Shown one piece after another: positions 1-11,390 of a DNA stretch of 64,000 nt (positions are counted from its first letter, which is position 1; each line of letters starts with the position of its first letter). A model generated the notes under the pieces. The model was not told the DNA's origin. It worked only from the letters and a program-made list of their open reading frames with translations, and did not search any database. The translations under genes were made by a program, and so were the position numbers. Source of the stretch: an uncultured Actinomycetota bacterium (GTDB lineage Bacteria; Actinomycetota; Actinomycetes; Mycobacteriales; Pseudonocardiaceae). Where the stretch lies: positions 92,137 through 156,136 of the forward strand of contig CAVQFJ010000018.1 in NCBI GenBank assembly GCA_963711715.1, written 5' to 3'.

Positions 1-123
1 GTTCAGCGGTCCGTCGACGGCCGCGACCCGCGCGAGCTGCACCTCGAGGGCCGCAGCCGACGTGATCTCCCCCCGACGGATGCTCGCGGCCAGCTCGGTC
101 GCCGTGGTGAAGGGGTTGGTCAT
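1..123 (-). CDS. amidase-signature family amidase; only the N-terminal 41 codons are in the window and the gene runs off the left edge
   Basis: Reverse-strand ATG at 121-123 gives MTNPFTTATELAASIRRGEITSAAALEVQLARVAAVDGPLN, a typical amidase N-terminus (ELAxxIRxGEIS motif). It is absent from the ORF track because the window truncates it. Confidence 0.5.
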   Translation of the reverse strand, partial: MTNPFTTATELAASIRRGEITSAAALEVQLARVAAVDGPLN

Positions 124-229
124 CGGGTCGCCTCTCGGTGCCGGCAGGAGGACGAGTATGGCGGGCGGCGGTTCGAACCGCGGGGGGAACGCGGCACGGA
201 CGCCGGCCGTCACGAGCGGACGGACCTCC

Positions 230-763
230 TCACCAGACGTCACCGTCCCGCCAGTCACAGGTGAGCTCGCCGGTCAGGTCCAACGGGATGGTCACGGGCA
301 GCACGAAGACGCACCCGTCCTCGTCCGCAGTGCGCCGGGCTCCGGCCGGGGTAAGGGCGTAGGTCGGCCCCTCCCAGCGCTGCCAACCGAGTGCGGCGTA
401 GAACGCGGCACCGTCGTCGCTCGCCGCCAGGGCCCCCAGCTCGTACGCGCCCCGCACCACACGCTCCAGCGCCCGCACCATCGCGGCGGCGTGCCCGCGG
501 CGGCGCCGGTCCGCCCGTACCCCAACCCCCTCGACGTAGCCGGTTCGCAGGGCCCTTCCGTGATGCAGCAAGCGCCGCTGGACCACGGATGCGTGTCCGA
601 CGAGCTCGTCGCCGTCCCAGGCGAGGGCGTGGATCCCGCCCAGGCAGTGCTCCCAGTCGTCGTCGGTCAGGCCCCCGTCGAAGACGCCGTCCAGGAGGCT
701 GCGGGCCGCGTCGAGGGTGGACGCGTGCAGCTCGGCGGTGTGGTGGGTCCGCACCTCGCTCAT
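230..763 (-). CDS. aac(2'): aminoglycoside 2'-N-acetyltransferase, AAC(2')-I family (GNAT)
   Basis: ORF 230..820 with an internal start at MSEVR (763). It resembles mycobacterial AAC(2')-I end to end, as I recall it: DWEHCLGGIHAL, GYVEGVGVRAD and the C-terminal CDWRDGDVW. Confidence 0.8.
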   Translation of the reverse strand: MSEVRTHHTAELHASTLDAARSLLDGVFDGGLTDDDWEHCLGGIHALAWDGDELVGHASVVQRRLLHHGRALRTGYVEGVGVRADRRRRGHAAAMVRALERVVRGAYELGALAASDDGAAFYAALGWQRWEGPTYALTPAGARRTADEDGCVFVLPVTIPLDLTGELTCDWRDGDVW

Positions 764-820
764 CAGGTGATCGTCGCAGGGTGCGTGCGAGGATCGGTAG
801 GAGCTGGTAGACTCGAACAC

Positions 821-2470
821 GTGTTCGAACAGGTCGCCGTGGACGAGTCGCCCGTGGAGGGCGCCGAGTGGTGGCTGCCCGAGTGGCGCAGTGATCTCGA
901 CGACTCGTGCCTGAAGCCGTCCGACGGTATCGAGCCGCCGTACTCACCGGCGCAGATGCGCCCCTCCGGGTGGCTGGCGCTGGAGCTCGACACCTCCACC
1001 CTGGACGTCGAATCCCTCGACGACCGTGAAGTGGTCGACGCGATCGTCGGGTTCGATCGAGTCGCATCGTGGGCGTCGGCGCGCCAGGCGCGCCTGCTGG
1101 CCGAGTTCGCCCGTCGCCGCCCCGGTGACGACCCGCAGGCGATCAGCTCTGATCGGCCCGCGATCACGAGCCGCTACGCGCCCGACGAGATCGGGCTGGC
1201 GCTGAACCTGTCCCGCGGCACCGCGATGAGCCGGCTCGCGCAGGCCACTCAGCTCGCGAGAACACTGCCCGACACGCTCATCGCATGGGAGGAGGGTCGG
1301 CTCGACCTCCCCAAGGTGCGGGCCATCACCGATGCCACCTGCTTCCTCGCTCCCGACCTCGCCGCGGACGTGCAGGATCGTGTTCTCGCGCGGGCGCCCG
1401 AGCAGACCGCCGCGCAGCTGCGTGCTGCCCTCGCCAGGGCGGTGCTGGCGGCCGACCCCGAGGGTGCTGCCGCCCGGCACCGAGAGGCGCGCAAGGACCG
1501 TCGGGTGTCCGTCGGGCAGGAGAGCGAGGGTATGGCGACGCTCTGGGCCATGCTCTCCGCGCCGGATGCCACCTCCGCCTACCAGTGGCTCACCCGCCTC
1601 GCCCGGGGGCTCGGCGCCGACGATCCCCGCGGCATGGACGCCCGTCGCGCCGACCTCCTGGCCGATCTTCTCACCGGTGGTCTGACGATCGTCCCGGACC
1701 AGTCGGGTCCCATCGAGCAGGACGAGCCGAACAGGGAGCCTGCCGACGGTGGGGGCTGCGTCGCGGAGAGCGGCTCGGCGCCGAGCGCCGGCCCGGAGGA
1801 CGCGGGTCCCGGGCGGACGGTGCTCCGCCCGGTCGCCCCGGGAAAGCCGTTGGTGCATGTCGTCATGCCGTTCGGCACGCTCACCGGCGCCGACGACCAG
1901 CCCTGCGAGCTCGTCGGCTACGGCGCCATCCCGGCCGACGTCGCCCGTGAGATCGCGGCGGACGCCGTGTGGCGGCGCCTGGTCACCGACCCGCAGTCGG
2001 GCGCCCTGCTCGACCACGGCCGCACCGCCTACCACCCGCCTGCGGCGCTGGCCGACTTCGTCCGGGCTCGCGACGTCCACTGCCGCTTCCCCACCTGCCG
2101 CCGCCGGGCCATCGACGCCGAGCTCGACCACGCCGTGCGCTTCCCCGACGGCCCGACGAGCGAGCCGAACCTGTGGGGCGGCTGCACCCACCACCACACG
2201 CTCAAGCACCGAGCCGGCTGGCAGGTCACCCTGCACGACGATGGTCGCCTCACCTGGACCACGCCGACGGGGCACACCTACACCAGCTGGCCGCACGACT
2301 ACCGACCCGACCCACCACGGACGGCCCGCCCGCCCACCGGGCCGGACGTACGGCCGGATCGCCCACGCCCCGCGAAGGGGCCGCCGTCGACGTCGTCCCC
2401 CTGGGACGACATCGGTCTGGCCCGCTCAGCGGTCGTCGACGGTACCGGCGACGATCCGCCACCGTTCTGA
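821..2470 (+). CDS. DUF222-type HNH endonuclease (REP13E12-like family)
   Basis: C-terminal HNH motif HCRFPTCRRRAIDAELDHAVRFPDGPTSEPNLWGGCTHHHTLKH, preceded by a DUF222-like region (VGFDRVASWASARQARLLAEFARRRP). The first ~250 codons of ORF 62..2470 are antisense to aac(2'), so the start is placed at in-frame GTG 821 (GTG 839 is an alternative). Confidence 0.75.
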   Translation: MFEQVAVDESPVEGAEWWLPEWRSDLDDSCLKPSDGIEPPYSPAQMRPSGWLALELDTSTLDVESLDDREVVDAIVGFDRVASWASARQARLLAEFARRRPGDDPQAISSDRPAITSRYAPDEIGLALNLSRGTAMSRLAQATQLARTLPDTLIAWEEGRLDLPKVRAITDATCFLAPDLAADVQDRVLARAPEQTAAQLRAALARAVLAADPEGAAARHREARKDRRVSVGQESEGMATLWAMLSAPDATSAYQWLTRLARGLGADDPRGMDARRADLLADLLTGGLTIVPDQSGPIEQDEPNREPADGGGCVAESGSAPSAGPEDAGPGRTVLRPVAPGKPLVHVVMPFGTLTGADDQPCELVGYGAIPADVAREIAADAVWRRLVTDPQSGALLDHGRTAYHPPAALADFVRARDVHCRFPTCRRRAIDAELDHAVRFPDGPTSEPNLWGGCTHHHTLKHRAGWQVTLHDDGRLTWTTPTGHTYTSWPHDYRPDPPRTARPPTGPDVRPDRPRPAKGPPSTSSPWDDIGLARSAVVDGTGDDPPPF

Positions 2471-2497
2471 TCCGGTAACCGCGGACCCGGGGCTCGA

Positions 2498-3472
2498 TCA
2501 CCCCAGGGAGGCGGCGAAGTCGATGATCCGGGCGCTGACCTCGGCAGGGCGTTCCTGCTGGGTCCAGTGGCCGCACCCCGGTAGCACGACGGCGTCGCGC
2601 AGGTCGACGACCGAGCGTCGGACGGTGCTCGCCAGCGCGTCGACCGGCACCCCGGCCACGACAAGGTCCTCGTCACCCACCACGTAGAGCGCGGGCGGGG
2701 TGATCGGCGCGCCGCTCCACGCCGCCGTCAGCTCCCAGTTCCGGTCGATATTGCGGTACCAGTTCAGCCCGCCGGTGAAGCCCCGCTCGCGGTACTCCCG
2801 CACGTACACGTCCAGGTCGACATCGGTGAGCCACGTCGGGAGCTGCCCGGGCTCGGGGCAGGCGTCGAGGAAGCCGCCGCCCGGCTCCACCATGAGGTCG
2901 GTCGGCGTCGCGCCGCCCGAAGCCCGCGAGAGCAGGCGGCGGAACGTCGCGCGCGGATCGGCGGCCAGCTCCGCGTCGGCGACACCGGGGATCTGGAAGT
3001 GGAGCATGTAGTGGCCAGGGCCGTGGCGCGCGGCGAGGCCCTCGGTGGGAGGGGAACCGCTGCGCGGCAGGAACGGCACCGACAACCCGATCACGCCCCG
3101 CACCCGGTCCGGCCGCAGCAGCGCGGTGTGCCAGGCGACCGGCGCTCCCCAGTCGTGCCCGACGACCACCGCCCGCGCGGTGCCGAGGACGTCGAGCACG
3201 CCCACCGCGTCCCCGACGAGGTGGAGGATCGTGTAGGCCTCGACAGCAGCCGGCGCGTCGCTGCGCCCGTAGCCACGCTGGTCGGGGGCGACCACGCGAA
3301 GGCCGGCGGCCGCGAGCGCCGTGAGCTGGTGGCGCCACGAGTACCAGCACTCCGGGAAGCCGTGCAGGAGGAGGACGACAGGCCCGTCGGGCGGTCCGGC
3401 CTCCGCGAGGTGCAGCCGCAGACCGTTGACCTCGACCGTGCGGTGGGTGATCTCGAACGTCGTGGTGTCCAT
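2498..3472 (-). CDS. epoxide hydrolase-type alpha/beta hydrolase
   Basis: C-terminal 324 codons of ORF 2498..4981, starting at MDTTTFEI (ATG 3472). Motifs: HGFPECWYSWRHQ, nucleophile elbow GHDWGA, C-terminal GCGHWTQQE. Confidence 0.8.
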   Translation of the reverse strand: MDTTTFEITHRTVEVNGLRLHLAEAGPPDGPVVLLLHGFPECWYSWRHQLTALAAAGLRVVAPDQRGYGRSDAPAAVEAYTILHLVGDAVGVLDVLGTARAVVVGHDWGAPVAWHTALLRPDRVRGVIGLSVPFLPRSGSPPTEGLAARHGPGHYMLHFQIPGVADAELAADPRATFRRLLSRASGGATPTDLMVEPGGGFLDACPEPGQLPTWLTDVDLDVYVREYRERGFTGGLNWYRNIDRNWELTAAWSGAPITPPALYVVGDEDLVVAGVPVDALASTVRRSVVDLRDAVVLPGCGHWTQQERPAEVSARIIDFAASLG

Positions 3473-3556
3473 CGGCCGCGAACCTACGCGGGACGGCGGC
3501 GTGCGGGATGGCGGCGAGGCGAGACCGGCACGCAGTGGCGCACCCATACTGCGGGG

Positions 3557-3814
3557 ATGCGCGACGACGTCTGGGTGGCCGAGGTGGGCGTGGACAATGC
3601 GGCGTGGCTCGCGGCGGAGAGCCGCACCGCCCGGCTCGCCAGGGAGTACCGGCCCCGCGACCTCGGCGACGGTCGGGTCGAGCTGAACGCCCGCGCTCTC
3701 GGCGCATCGCGCGAGCTCGGCGAGGAGGAGGACGGCTACATCACCGACGACGGCGACGGCCTCCGGGTGTGGATCGGCGACGATGCGTTCGAGCTGGAGC
3801 TCGTCGAGCGCTGA
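3557..3814 (+). CDS. hypothetical acidic small protein (85 aa)
   Basis: In-frame ATG inside ORF 2999..3814 with strong GC3 codon bias. It occupies the gap between the hydrolase and gltD. I recognise no domain. Confidence 0.35.
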   Translation: MRDDVWVAEVGVDNAAWLAAESRTARLAREYRPRDLGDGRVELNARALGASRELGEEEDGYITDDGDGLRVWIGDDAFELELVER

Positions 3815-3837
3815 GCTGCTCGTGCACTGTCGTCTGT

Positions 3838-5292
3838 TCAGACCAGTGGACGGTCCGTCGGCGCGATCGGGCGCGGGAGGACGTCGCGACCGGTGAGGTA
3901 GGCGTCCACTCCAGCGGCCGCTGCTCGGCCCTCCGCGATGGCCCACACGATCAGCGACTGCCCACGTCCCATGTCCCCTGCGCTGAAGACACCGTCGACG
4001 CTGGTCATGAAGTCGGCGTTGCGCGCGACGTTGCCCCGCTCGTCGAGCTCGACGCCCAGCTCGGAGAGCAGCTTGCCCTTCTCCGGCCCGACGAAGCCCA
4101 TCGCGAGGAGCACGAGCTGGCACTCCAGCTCCCGCTCCGTGCCGTCGACCGGCACGAAGCGACCGTTCTCGTCGCGGCTGACCTCGACGAGCCGCAGCGC
4201 CCGGAGCTTCCCGTCCCCGTCGGCGACGAACTCGGTGGTGTTCACCGAGTACAGCCGCTCGCCGCCCTCCTCGTGGGCCGACGACACGCGGTAGACCATG
4301 GGGTAGGTGGGCCACGGCATCATGTCGGTGCGGTGTTCCGGGGGAGTGGGCATGATCTCGAGCTGGGTGACCGAGGCGGCGCCCTGGCGGTGCGAGGTGC
4401 CGAGGCAGTCGGCGCCGGTGTCGCCGCCGCCGATGATCACCACGTGCTTGCCCTCGGCGGTGATCGGCGGCGCGTCGATGTCGCCCTGCTGCACGTGGTT
4501 CGCCCACGGCAGGAACTCCATGGCCTGGTACACGCCCTCGACCTCGCGGCCGGGCACCGGGATGTCGCGCCACGCCGTGGCCCCGCCCGCGAGCACGATC
4601 GCGTCGAACTCCGCGCGCAGGCGGTCGACGGTGACGTCGACCCCGACGTCGACCGAGGGGCAGAACCGCGTGCCCTCGTCCTCCATCTGTTGCAGCCTGC
4701 GGTCGAGCCGCTTCTTCTCCATCTTGAACTCGGGGATGCCGTAGCGGAGCAACCCGCCGATCCGGTCGGAGCGCTCGAACACCACGACGTCGTGCCCGAC
4801 CCGCGTGAGCTGCTGCGCGGCGGCGAGCCCGGCCGGCCCGGATCCGACGACCGCCACCCGCTGACCGGTCCGCACGGCGGCGGGCTGGGGCGGAACCCAC
4901 CCCTCGTCCCAGGCCCGATCGATGATCTCGATCTCGACCTGCTTGATGGTGACCGCATCGCTGTTGATCGCCAGGACGCACGCGGCTTCACACGGCGCAG
5001 GGCAGAGCGTGCCGGTGAACTCGGGGAAGTTGTTGGTGGCGTGCAGGCGCTCGGTGGCCTCGCGCCAGTCGCGCCGGTAGACCAGGTCGTTCCACTCCGG
5101 GATGAGGTTGCCCAGCGGGCACCCCTCGTGGCAGAACGGGATGCCGCAGTTCATGCAGCGTCCCGCCTGCTTCTCCAGGTGGTCGTGCGGGAAGTCCTCG
5201 TACACCTCGCGCCAGTCCCTCAGGCGGAGGTCGACGGGGCGCCGCGTCGGGGCCTGGCGGGGGGTGGTCATGAACCCCTTCGGGTCACCCAT
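3838..5292 (-). CDS. gltD: glutamate synthase small subunit (NADPH)
   Basis: [52 protein letters not shown]. The start at 5292 overlaps the gltB stop by 8 nt. Confidence 0.95.
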   Translation of the reverse strand: MGDPKGFMTTPRQAPTRRPVDLRLRDWREVYEDFPHDHLEKQAGRCMNCGIPFCHEGCPLGNLIPEWNDLVYRRDWREATERLHATNNFPEFTGTLCPAPCEAACVLAINSDAVTIKQVEIEIIDRAWDEGWVPPQPAAVRTGQRVAVVGSGPAGLAAAQQLTRVGHDVVVFERSDRIGGLLRYGIPEFKMEKKRLDRRLQQMEDEGTRFCPSVDVGVDVTVDRLRAEFDAIVLAGGATAWRDIPVPGREVEGVYQAMEFLPWANHVQQGDIDAPPITAEGKHVVIIGGGDTGADCLGTSHRQGAASVTQLEIMPTPPEHRTDMMPWPTYPMVYRVSSAHEEGGERLYSVNTTEFVADGDGKLRALRLVEVSRDENGRFVPVDGTERELECQLVLLAMGFVGPEKGKLLSELGVELDERGNVARNADFMTSVDGVFSAGDMGRGQSLIVWAIAEGRAAAAGVDAYLTGRDVLPRPIAPTDRPLV

Positions 5293-8200
5293 GCGCCGCC
5301 TCCATGATGGCTTCATTGACGTCACGGCCGTCGCGCTCGGCCGCCTCCCGGGCCTGGAGCACCCGCTTGTAGTCCTTGGGCATGACCTTGCCGAAGCGCT
5401 CGACGGCGTCGTCCCACTCGGTGAGCAGCGCACGCGCCACCGCCGAGTCGGTCTCGATGTGGTGGCGCTCGACGGTGTCGCGCAGGAAGGCGCGGTCGTC
5501 GTCGTCGAGCGGCTCGATGTCGACCATCTCCGGGTTCACGCGCTCGCCGGCCTGGCTACCGGGAGCGAGGTCGAGGACGTAGGCGACGCCGCCGGACATC
5601 CCGGCGGCGAAGTTGCGGCCGATCCCGCCGAGCACGACCACACGGCCACCGGTCATGTACTCGCAGCCGTGGTCACCGACACCCTCGACGACGGCCAGCG
5701 CGCCCGAGTTGCGCACGCAGAACCGCTCGCCGACCACGCCACGGACGAAGATCTCGCCGGACGTGGCCCCGTAGAGGATCACGTTGCCCGCGATGACGTT
5801 GTCCTCGGCCGCGAACGGCGCGGACGGGTCGGGCCGCAGCGTGAGCCGCCCGCCGGAGAGGCCCTTGCCGAAGTAGTCGTTGGTATCGCCGATCAACCGC
5901 AGGGTGATGCCGCTGGGCACGAAAGCCCCGAAGCTCTGCCCGGCCGAACCCGTGAGCGTGACGTCGATCGTGCCGTCCGGCAGCCCCTCCCCGCCCCAGC
6001 GGCGGGTGAGCTCGTAGCCGAGCATCGTGCCGACCGTGCGGTTGACGTTGCGCACCGGCAGGTCGAGCCGGACCCGGTCGCCCGAGGACAGCGCGCCCTC
6101 GCACAGCTGGATCAGCGTGTTGTCCAGCGCCTTCTCGAGCCCGTGCTCCTGGTTCCGGGTGCGGTGCCTCAGGGTGCCGGGCGGCAGCTTCGGGGTGTGG
6201 AAGATCGGTGAGAGGTCGAGCCCCTCCGTCTTCCAGTGCCGGACGGCGTCGTCGGTGTCGAGCACCTCGGCGTGCCCCACCGCCTCCTCGACGCTGCGGA
6301 AGCCGAGCGCGGCCAGGTACTCCCGCACCTCCTGGGCGATGAACTGCATGAAGGTGACGACGTACTCCGGGCGGCCGTCGAACCGCTTGCGCAGCTCGGG
6401 GTTCTGCGTGGCCACGCCCACCGGGCAGGTGTCGAGGTGGCAGACGCGCATCATGATGCAGCCGGAGACCACCAGCGGTGCGGTCGCGAATCCGAACTCC
6501 TCCGCGCCGAGCAGGGCGGCGATGACGACGTCGCGCCCGGTCTTGAGCTGGCCGTCGGTCTGCACGACGATGCGGTCGCGCAGCCCGTTGGACAACAGCG
6601 TCTGCTGCGTCTCGGCGAGTCCTAGCTCCCACGGCCCGCCCGCGTGCTTGATCGACGACAGCGGCGAGGCGCCGGTGCCGCCGTCGTGCCCGGAGATGAG
6701 CACGACGTCGGAGAACGCCTTGGCCACCCCGGCCGCGACCGTCCCGACCCCGATCTGCGATACCAGCTTCACGTGGATGCGGGCCCGCGGGTTGGCGTTC
6801 TTCAGGTCGTGGATGAGCTGCTTGATGTCCTCGATCGAGTAGATGTCGTGGTGCGGCGGCGGCGAGATCAGCCCGACCCCTGGCGTGGAGTACCGGGTCT
6901 CGGCGATCCAGGGGTAGACCTTGCTCCCGGGGAGCTGGCCGCCCTCGCCGGGCTTGGCCCCCTGCGCGATCTTGATCTGGATGTCGTCGGCGTTCACGAG
7001 GTACTCGCTGGTGACCCCGAAGCGACCCGAGGCCACCTGCTTGACGGCGCTGCGTCGGGAGTCGCCGTTGGGGTCGGGTGTGTAGCGGTCGGAGTCCTCG
7101 CCGCCCTCGCCCGTGTTGGACCGGCCGCCGAGGCGGTTCATCGCGATCGCGAGCGTCTCGTGCATCTCCTTCGAGATCGATCCGTAGGAGATCGCGCCGG
7201 TGCCGAAGCGCGTGACGATCGACTCGACCGGCTCGACCTCCTCGATCGGCACCGGCGGGCGTCCGCTGTCGGCGAAGGTGAAGAGCCCGCGCAGCGTCAT
7301 CAGCCGGTGCGACTGCTCGTCGACGGCGCGGGTGTAGGACTTGAAGACGTCGTAGCGACCCTGTCGCGTGGAGTGCTGCAGCTTGAAGACGGTGGCCGGG
7401 TTGAACAGGTGCAGCTCGCCCTCGCGCCGCCACTGGTACTCGCCACCCACATCGAGCGACCGGTGGTGGGCCCGCACCTCGTCGCGGGGGAAGGCCCGCC
7501 GGTGCCAGCGCAGCACCTCCTCGGCGAGGACGTCGAAGCCGACGCCACCCAGGCGCGACGTGGTACCGGTGAAGCAGGCCTCGATGACCTCGGGACCGAG
7601 CCCGACGGCCTCGAAGATCTGCGCGCCGGTGTAGGACGCCACGGTGGAGACGCCCATCTTCGACATCGTCTTCCGCACGCCCTTGCCCAGCGCCTTCACC
7701 AGGTTCTTGGCCGCAGTCGGTGGGTCCACTCCCGGGATGTCGCCCCGCTCGGCGAGGTCCTCGACGGTGGCCATGGCCAGGTAGGGGTTGACCGCCGCCG
7801 CGCCGTACCCGATCAGCAGCGCGATGTGGTGCACCTCGCGGGCGTCGGCGGACTCGACGATCAGTCCGACGCGCGTGCGTGTGCGCTCGCGGGTCAGATG
7901 GTGGTGCACGGCCCCGGTGAGCAGCAACGACGGGATCGACGCGCGGTTCCTGTCGATCCCACGGCTGGACAGGATGAGCAGCCGTGCGCCGTCCTCGATG
8001 GCCTGCGACACCTCGGCGCGGATCTCGTCGAGCCGACGGCGCAGCCCGCCGCCCCCTTCGGCGGCGTCGAACGTGCCGCGCACCGTGTAGGAGCTGAACC
8101 CGGGGTAGTCGCCGTCGTCGTTGACCCCGATGATCCGGGCGAGGTCGTCGTTGCCGAGCACCGGGAACGGGAGCACGATCGTGCGGCAGCTGGCGGCCGT

Positions 8201-9850
8201 GGCGTCGAGCAGGTTCTGCTCCGGTCCGAGCTGGCTCTGCAGGGAGGTGACGAGCTCCTCGCGGATGGCGTCCAGCGGTGGGTTGGTGACCTGCGCGAAC
8301 AGCTGCGTGAAGTAGTCGTAGAGCTGCCGCGGTCGTTCCGAGATCGGGGCCAGTGGCGCGTCGTTGCCCATCGAGCCGATCGGCTCGGCACCGGAGGCGG
8401 CCATCGGCTTGAGGAGGACGTTGAGCTCCTCCTCGGTGTAACCGACCGACTGCTGGCGGTGGGTGAGCGCGGCGTGGGTGGGCACCTCGCGCTCGCGGTC
8501 CGGGAGGTCGTCGAGCCGGATGAGGCCGGCGTGCAGCCAGTCGGCGTAGGGGTTCTCGGCGGCCAGCGCGTTCTTGACCTCGGCATCGTCGACGATGCGA
8601 CCGGCAGCGGTGTCGACGAGGAACATGCGGCCGGGCTCCAGCCGACCCTTGCGGATCACGGCGGACGGCTCGACGTCGAGGACGCCGACCTCGGAGGCGA
8701 GAACGACCGTGCCGTCCTCGGTGACCCACCAGCGGGCCGGGCGGAGACCGTTGCGGTCGAGCACGGCGCCGATGAGGGTGCCGTCGGTGAACGTGATGAG
8801 GGCGGGTCCGTCCCACGGCTCCATCAGCGTGGAGTGGAACTCGTAGAACGCCCGGCGCGCCGGGTCCATCTCGGCGTGGTTCTCCCACGCCTCGGGGATC
8901 ATCATGAGCACCGCGTGCGGCAGGCTCCGCCCTCCGAGGTGCAACAGCTCGAGGACCTCGTCGAACGTGGCCGAGTCGCTCGCGTCGGGTGTGACGATCG
9001 GGCTGAGCCGCTCGAGGTCGCCGGGGATCAGGTCGGACCGCAGGAGGGCCTCGCGGGCGGCCATCCAGTTCCGGTTGCCGCGGAGCGTGTTGATCTCACC
9101 GTTGTGGGCGACGTACCGGTACGGGTGCGCGAGCGGCCACGCCGGGAAGGTGTTGGTGGAGAAGCGCGAGTGGACCACGGCCAGCGCGCTGGTGACGCGC
9201 TCGTCGGCGAGATCCGGGTAGAACGCCACGACCTGCGGCTCGGCCAGCATGCCCTTGTAGACGATGGTGCGGGGCGACAGGCTCGGGAAGTAGACCCCCG
9301 TGGCGTGCTCGGCGCGCTTGCGCAGGCAGTAGGTGCGGCGCTCCAGCTCGATGCCGGAGGGCGGGTCGGCATCCGTGCCACCGGTCTCGACCCCGGCCAC
9401 GAACAGCTGGCGGAACGACGGCATCGCAGCACGCGCGGTGGGTCCGATGTCGGCGCCGTCGGGGTCGACGGGCAGCCCGCGCCACCCGAGCACGCGGAGG
9501 CCCTCCTCGGCGGCGAGCCGGTCGATCTCGGCCACCGAGGCGTCGGCGTCGGCCTGCTCGACGGGGAGGAACGCGATGCCGACGGCGTAGGCGCCGGCGG
9601 CCGGGAGGTCGAAGTCGACGACCGCGCGGAAGAACTCGTCGGGGATCTGGATGAGGATGCCCGCGCCGTCACCCGTGTTCACCTCGCTGCCCCGCGCGCC
9701 GCGGTGCTCCATGCGCAGCAACGCTGTGATCGCCTTGCGCACGATGCCGTGATCGCGGCGTCCGGTGAGGTCGGCGACCATGGCGACGCCGCAGGCGTCG
9801 TGCTCGAAGTCGGCGGCGTAGAGCCCCTTCGACGGCGGGTTGGCAGCCAA
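5285..9850 (-). CDS. gltB: glutamate synthase large subunit
   Basis: [14 protein letters not shown] amidotransferase N-terminus plus FMN and GXGXG domains. Start assigned to TTG 9850, which has AGGAGG 5 nt upstream. The longer ORF extending to 10183 has an implausible Arg/Pro-rich extension. Confidence 0.93.
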   Translation of the reverse strand: MAANPPSKGLYAADFEHDACGVAMVADLTGRRDHGIVRKAITALLRMEHRGARGSEVNTGDGAGILIQIPDEFFRAVVDFDLPAAGAYAVGIAFLPVEQADADASVAEIDRLAAEEGLRVLGWRGLPVDPDGADIGPTARAAMPSFRQLFVAGVETGGTDADPPSGIELERRTYCLRKRAEHATGVYFPSLSPRTIVYKGMLAEPQVVAFYPDLADERVTSALAVVHSRFSTNTFPAWPLAHPYRYVAHNGEINTLRGNRNWMAAREALLRSDLIPGDLERLSPIVTPDASDSATFDEVLELLHLGGRSLPHAVLMMIPEAWENHAEMDPARRAFYEFHSTLMEPWDGPALITFTDGTLIGAVLDRNGLRPARWWVTEDGTVVLASEVGVLDVEPSAVIRKGRLEPGRMFLVDTAAGRIVDDAEVKNALAAENPYADWLHAGLIRLDDLPDREREVPTHAALTHRQQSVGYTEEELNVLLKPMAASGAEPIGSMGNDAPLAPISERPRQLYDYFTQLFAQVTNPPLDAIREELVTSLQSQLGPEQNLLDATAASCRTIVLPFPVLGNDDLARIIGVNDDGDYPGFSSYTVRGTFDAAEGGGGLRRRLDEIRAEVSQAIEDGARLLILSSRGIDRNRASIPSLLLTGAVHHHLTRERTRTRVGLIVESADAREVHHIALLIGYGAAAVNPYLAMATVEDLAERGDIPGVDPPTAAKNLVKALGKGVRKTMSKMGVSTVASYTGAQIFEAVGLGPEVIEACFTGTTSRLGGVGFDVLAEEVLRWHRRAFPRDEVRAHHRSLDVGGEYQWRREGELHLFNPATVFKLQHSTRQGRYDVFKSYTRAVDEQSHRLMTLRGLFTFADSGRPPVPIEEVEPVESIVTRFGTGAISYGSISKEMHETLAIAMNRLGGRSNTGEGGEDSDRYTPDPNGDSRRSAVKQVASGRFGVTSEYLVNADDIQIKIAQGAKPGEGGQLPGSKVYPWIAETRYSTPGVGLISPPPHHDIYSIEDIKQLIHDLKNANPRARIHVKLVSQIGVGTVAAGVAKAFSDVVLISGHDGGTGASPLSSIKHAGGPWELGLAETQQTLLSNGLRDRIVVQTDGQLKTGRDVVIAALLGAEEFGFATAPLVVSGCIMMRVCHLDTCPVGVATQNPELRKRFDGRPEYVVTFMQFIAQEVREYLAALGFRSVEEAVGHAEVLDTDDAVRHWKTEGLDLSPIFHTPKLPPGTLRHRTRNQEHGLEKALDNTLIQLCEGALSSGDRVRLDLPVRNVNRTVGTMLGYELTRRWGGEGLPDGTIDVTLTGSAGQSFGAFVPSGITLRLIGDTNDYFGKGLSGGRLTLRPDPSAPFAAEDNVIAGNVILYGATSGEIFVRGVVGERFCVRNSGALAVVEGVGDHGCEYMTGGRVVVLGGIGRNFAAGMSGGVAYVLDLAPGSQAGERVNPEMVDIEPLDDDDRAFLRDTVERHHIETDSAVARALLTEWDDAVERFGKVMPKDYKRVLQAREAAERDGRDVNEAIMEAAHG

Positions 9851-10247
9851 CGGAGCCTCCTGTCGTCGCAGTACCCGACGGTGGGCGTCGGAGACGATGT
9901 GGTGGGTGGACGGGGGACCGAGCCGCACACCCGGCGGACAGGAAAGTTCTGCCCGGGCGAGTGGCATGACACCGTGCCGGAACCCGGTTGTGAACGCCCG
10001 GACGCCGGCACGACGACCGGTGCCCGTGGTGGGGCGTCGGCCTGCTGTGACACGCGGGTGCGAGCGCACGCGTCGGCGGGTGCGGGATCGCGGAGAACAA
10101 TGTCGCACGCCACCGCGACGATTCGCCAGTGATGCGTGTAGTGACCACGGTGACCAGCTACGGAGCCGCCCCGGGATCCGCACCGCAGGTATCGTGTTGC
10201 GTCACCGCCGGGCGGACGCGCGCGATGCGTCGGGGGAGGATGGCGGG

Positions 10248-10970
10248 GTGGATGCGCGCGGGGTGCTCGCCGACGTCGCCGGGTTCGGGGCGTTCTTCGT
10301 CGTCGGCACCGATCCCGCCGAGGTCGCCGACCCGACGTGGCGGCCGGTCGACGATCTGTGGAACGACCCGCAGCCGCTCCGCGACCGGATCGCGCACGTG
10401 CGACGAACCCTCGGAAGCGATGACCGAGTGGCTGCCTCGATCGCCTTCCAGGGCCTCGCGGCGCGGCTGGTCTCGGCACCGTTCGCGGCCGTCGTCGGGC
10501 ACGGGGTGCTGCCCCGGCTGACCGCCCGGGCCCTGCACTGGAGGCCGTCGGCGTCCGGGCCGTGGCCGTTGTGGTGCGCCGACCCCGCCCTCGTTCCGGT
10601 GCCTGACGCCGACGAGGCGGCCGACGCCGTCACCGCCGCCGTCGTCGACGAGCAGCTCACCCCGCTGGTCGCGGCGGTGCGGGAGCGGGTCCCGATCGCG
10701 GACCGGGTGCTCTGGGGGAACGCGGCGTCGGCGGTCGCCAGCGGCAAGCGGCTGGTGGCTGCGCAGCGTCCGGCGCTGGCCGACCGGGCCGCGGCGGTGG
10801 CGGAGCGGCTCCTCGCGACCGGTCCACTCGCCGGCACCGGGAAGTTGCGCCCGCCCGTCGGCCCGGACCGGCACTGGTCGTTCCGTCGACGGAGCTGCTG
10901 CTTGTACTACCGCGTGCCCGGCGGCGGGCTGTGCGAGGACTGCGTGCTGATGGACCGGCGCGCGGGCTGA
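10248..10970 (+). CDS. FhuF-like (2Fe-2S)-binding protein / ferric-siderophore reductase family
   Basis: The C-terminus CCLYYRVPGGGLCEDC fits the FhuF C-C-x10-C-x2-C cluster motif exactly. GTG 10248 is in frame and follows GGGGGAGGA. Confidence 0.7.
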   Translation: MDARGVLADVAGFGAFFVVGTDPAEVADPTWRPVDDLWNDPQPLRDRIAHVRRTLGSDDRVAASIAFQGLAARLVSAPFAAVVGHGVLPRLTARALHWRPSASGPWPLWCADPALVPVPDADEAADAVTAAVVDEQLTPLVAAVRERVPIADRVLWGNAASAVASGKRLVAAQRPALADRAAAVAERLLATGPLAGTGKLRPPVGPDRHWSFRRRSCCLYYRVPGGGLCEDCVLMDRRAG

Positions 10971-11006
10971 GCGAGCGCGCGCTCCGGCGACCCGGAGATG
11001 TCGTGG

Positions 11007-11390
11007 TCAGTCGAGGAGGACCTCGGCGACGGTGACGCTCACCGCGACGTCCAGGCCGGTGTAGGCGGCCACCGCCGCGGCCACCTCGCGCTGCACGCTC
11101 CCGATCAGGTCGCGGCAGTTGTGGCCGAGCCGCGTCACGATCGTCACGGAGACCTCGACGGATCCGGCGTCCCCGCCGACGCTCACCCCGTCCGCCGGCA
11201 ACCAGGAACCCTCCTGCCCGAGCACGGCATCGGCGATCCCGAGCAGGGCCTGGGCCAGGTCCGCACGCAACGCCACCACGCCGGGCATCCCGCGGGCGGT
11301 GTGCGCCGCCACCTTGGCGAGGACCGCGTCCCCCACGTGCACCCGCACGGCCGGGGGCCCGCCGACCGGGCCCCTCGCCAGCTCGGTCAT
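11007..11390 (-). CDS. Asp23/Gls24 family envelope stress protein
   Basis: MTELARGP..VLAKVAAHTARGMPGVVAL..VEVSVTIVTRLGHNCRDLIGSVQREV. ATGA overlap with the upstream gene. Confidence 0.75.
   Translation of the reverse strand: MTELARGPVGGPPAVRVHVGDAVLAKVAAHTARGMPGVVALRADLAQALLGIADAVLGQEGSWLPADGVSVGGDAGSVEVSVTIVTRLGHNCRDLIGSVQREVAAAVAAYTGLDVAVSVTVAEVLLD

Noticed and set aside
62-820. N-terminal 250 codons of ORF 62..2470, which would make an 802-aa HNH protein
   Set aside because: This part lies exactly antisense to the well-supported aac(2') gene and is Arg/Gly/Pro-rich. The DUF222 homology begins only after about 821.
2498-4981. 827-aa ORF that appears to fuse the epoxide hydrolase to a long N-terminal region
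   Set aside because: The upstream 500 codons are out-of-frame overlap with gltD and have an Arg-rich junk composition. A clean MDTTTFEI start at 3472 gives a normal 324-aa hydrolase.
6644-10132. 1162-aa plus-strand ORF, together with the 1071-aa out-of-frame minus-strand ORF 5673..8888, overlapping gltB
   Set aside because: Both are antisense or out-of-frame shadows of gltB. Their composition is Arg/Gly/Asp/Pro-dominated low complexity with no motifs. Stop-codon scarcity in high-GC DNA explains them.
9851-10247. GlnR-type boxes (gTnAC-N6-GaAAC) in the 400-bp region upstream of gltB
   Set aside because: I found only weak, partially phased hexamers (for example, minus-strand GTTCAC-N6-GTTCCG-N6-TGTCAT around 9970-10000). 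The match is too degenerate to report without a matrix scan.
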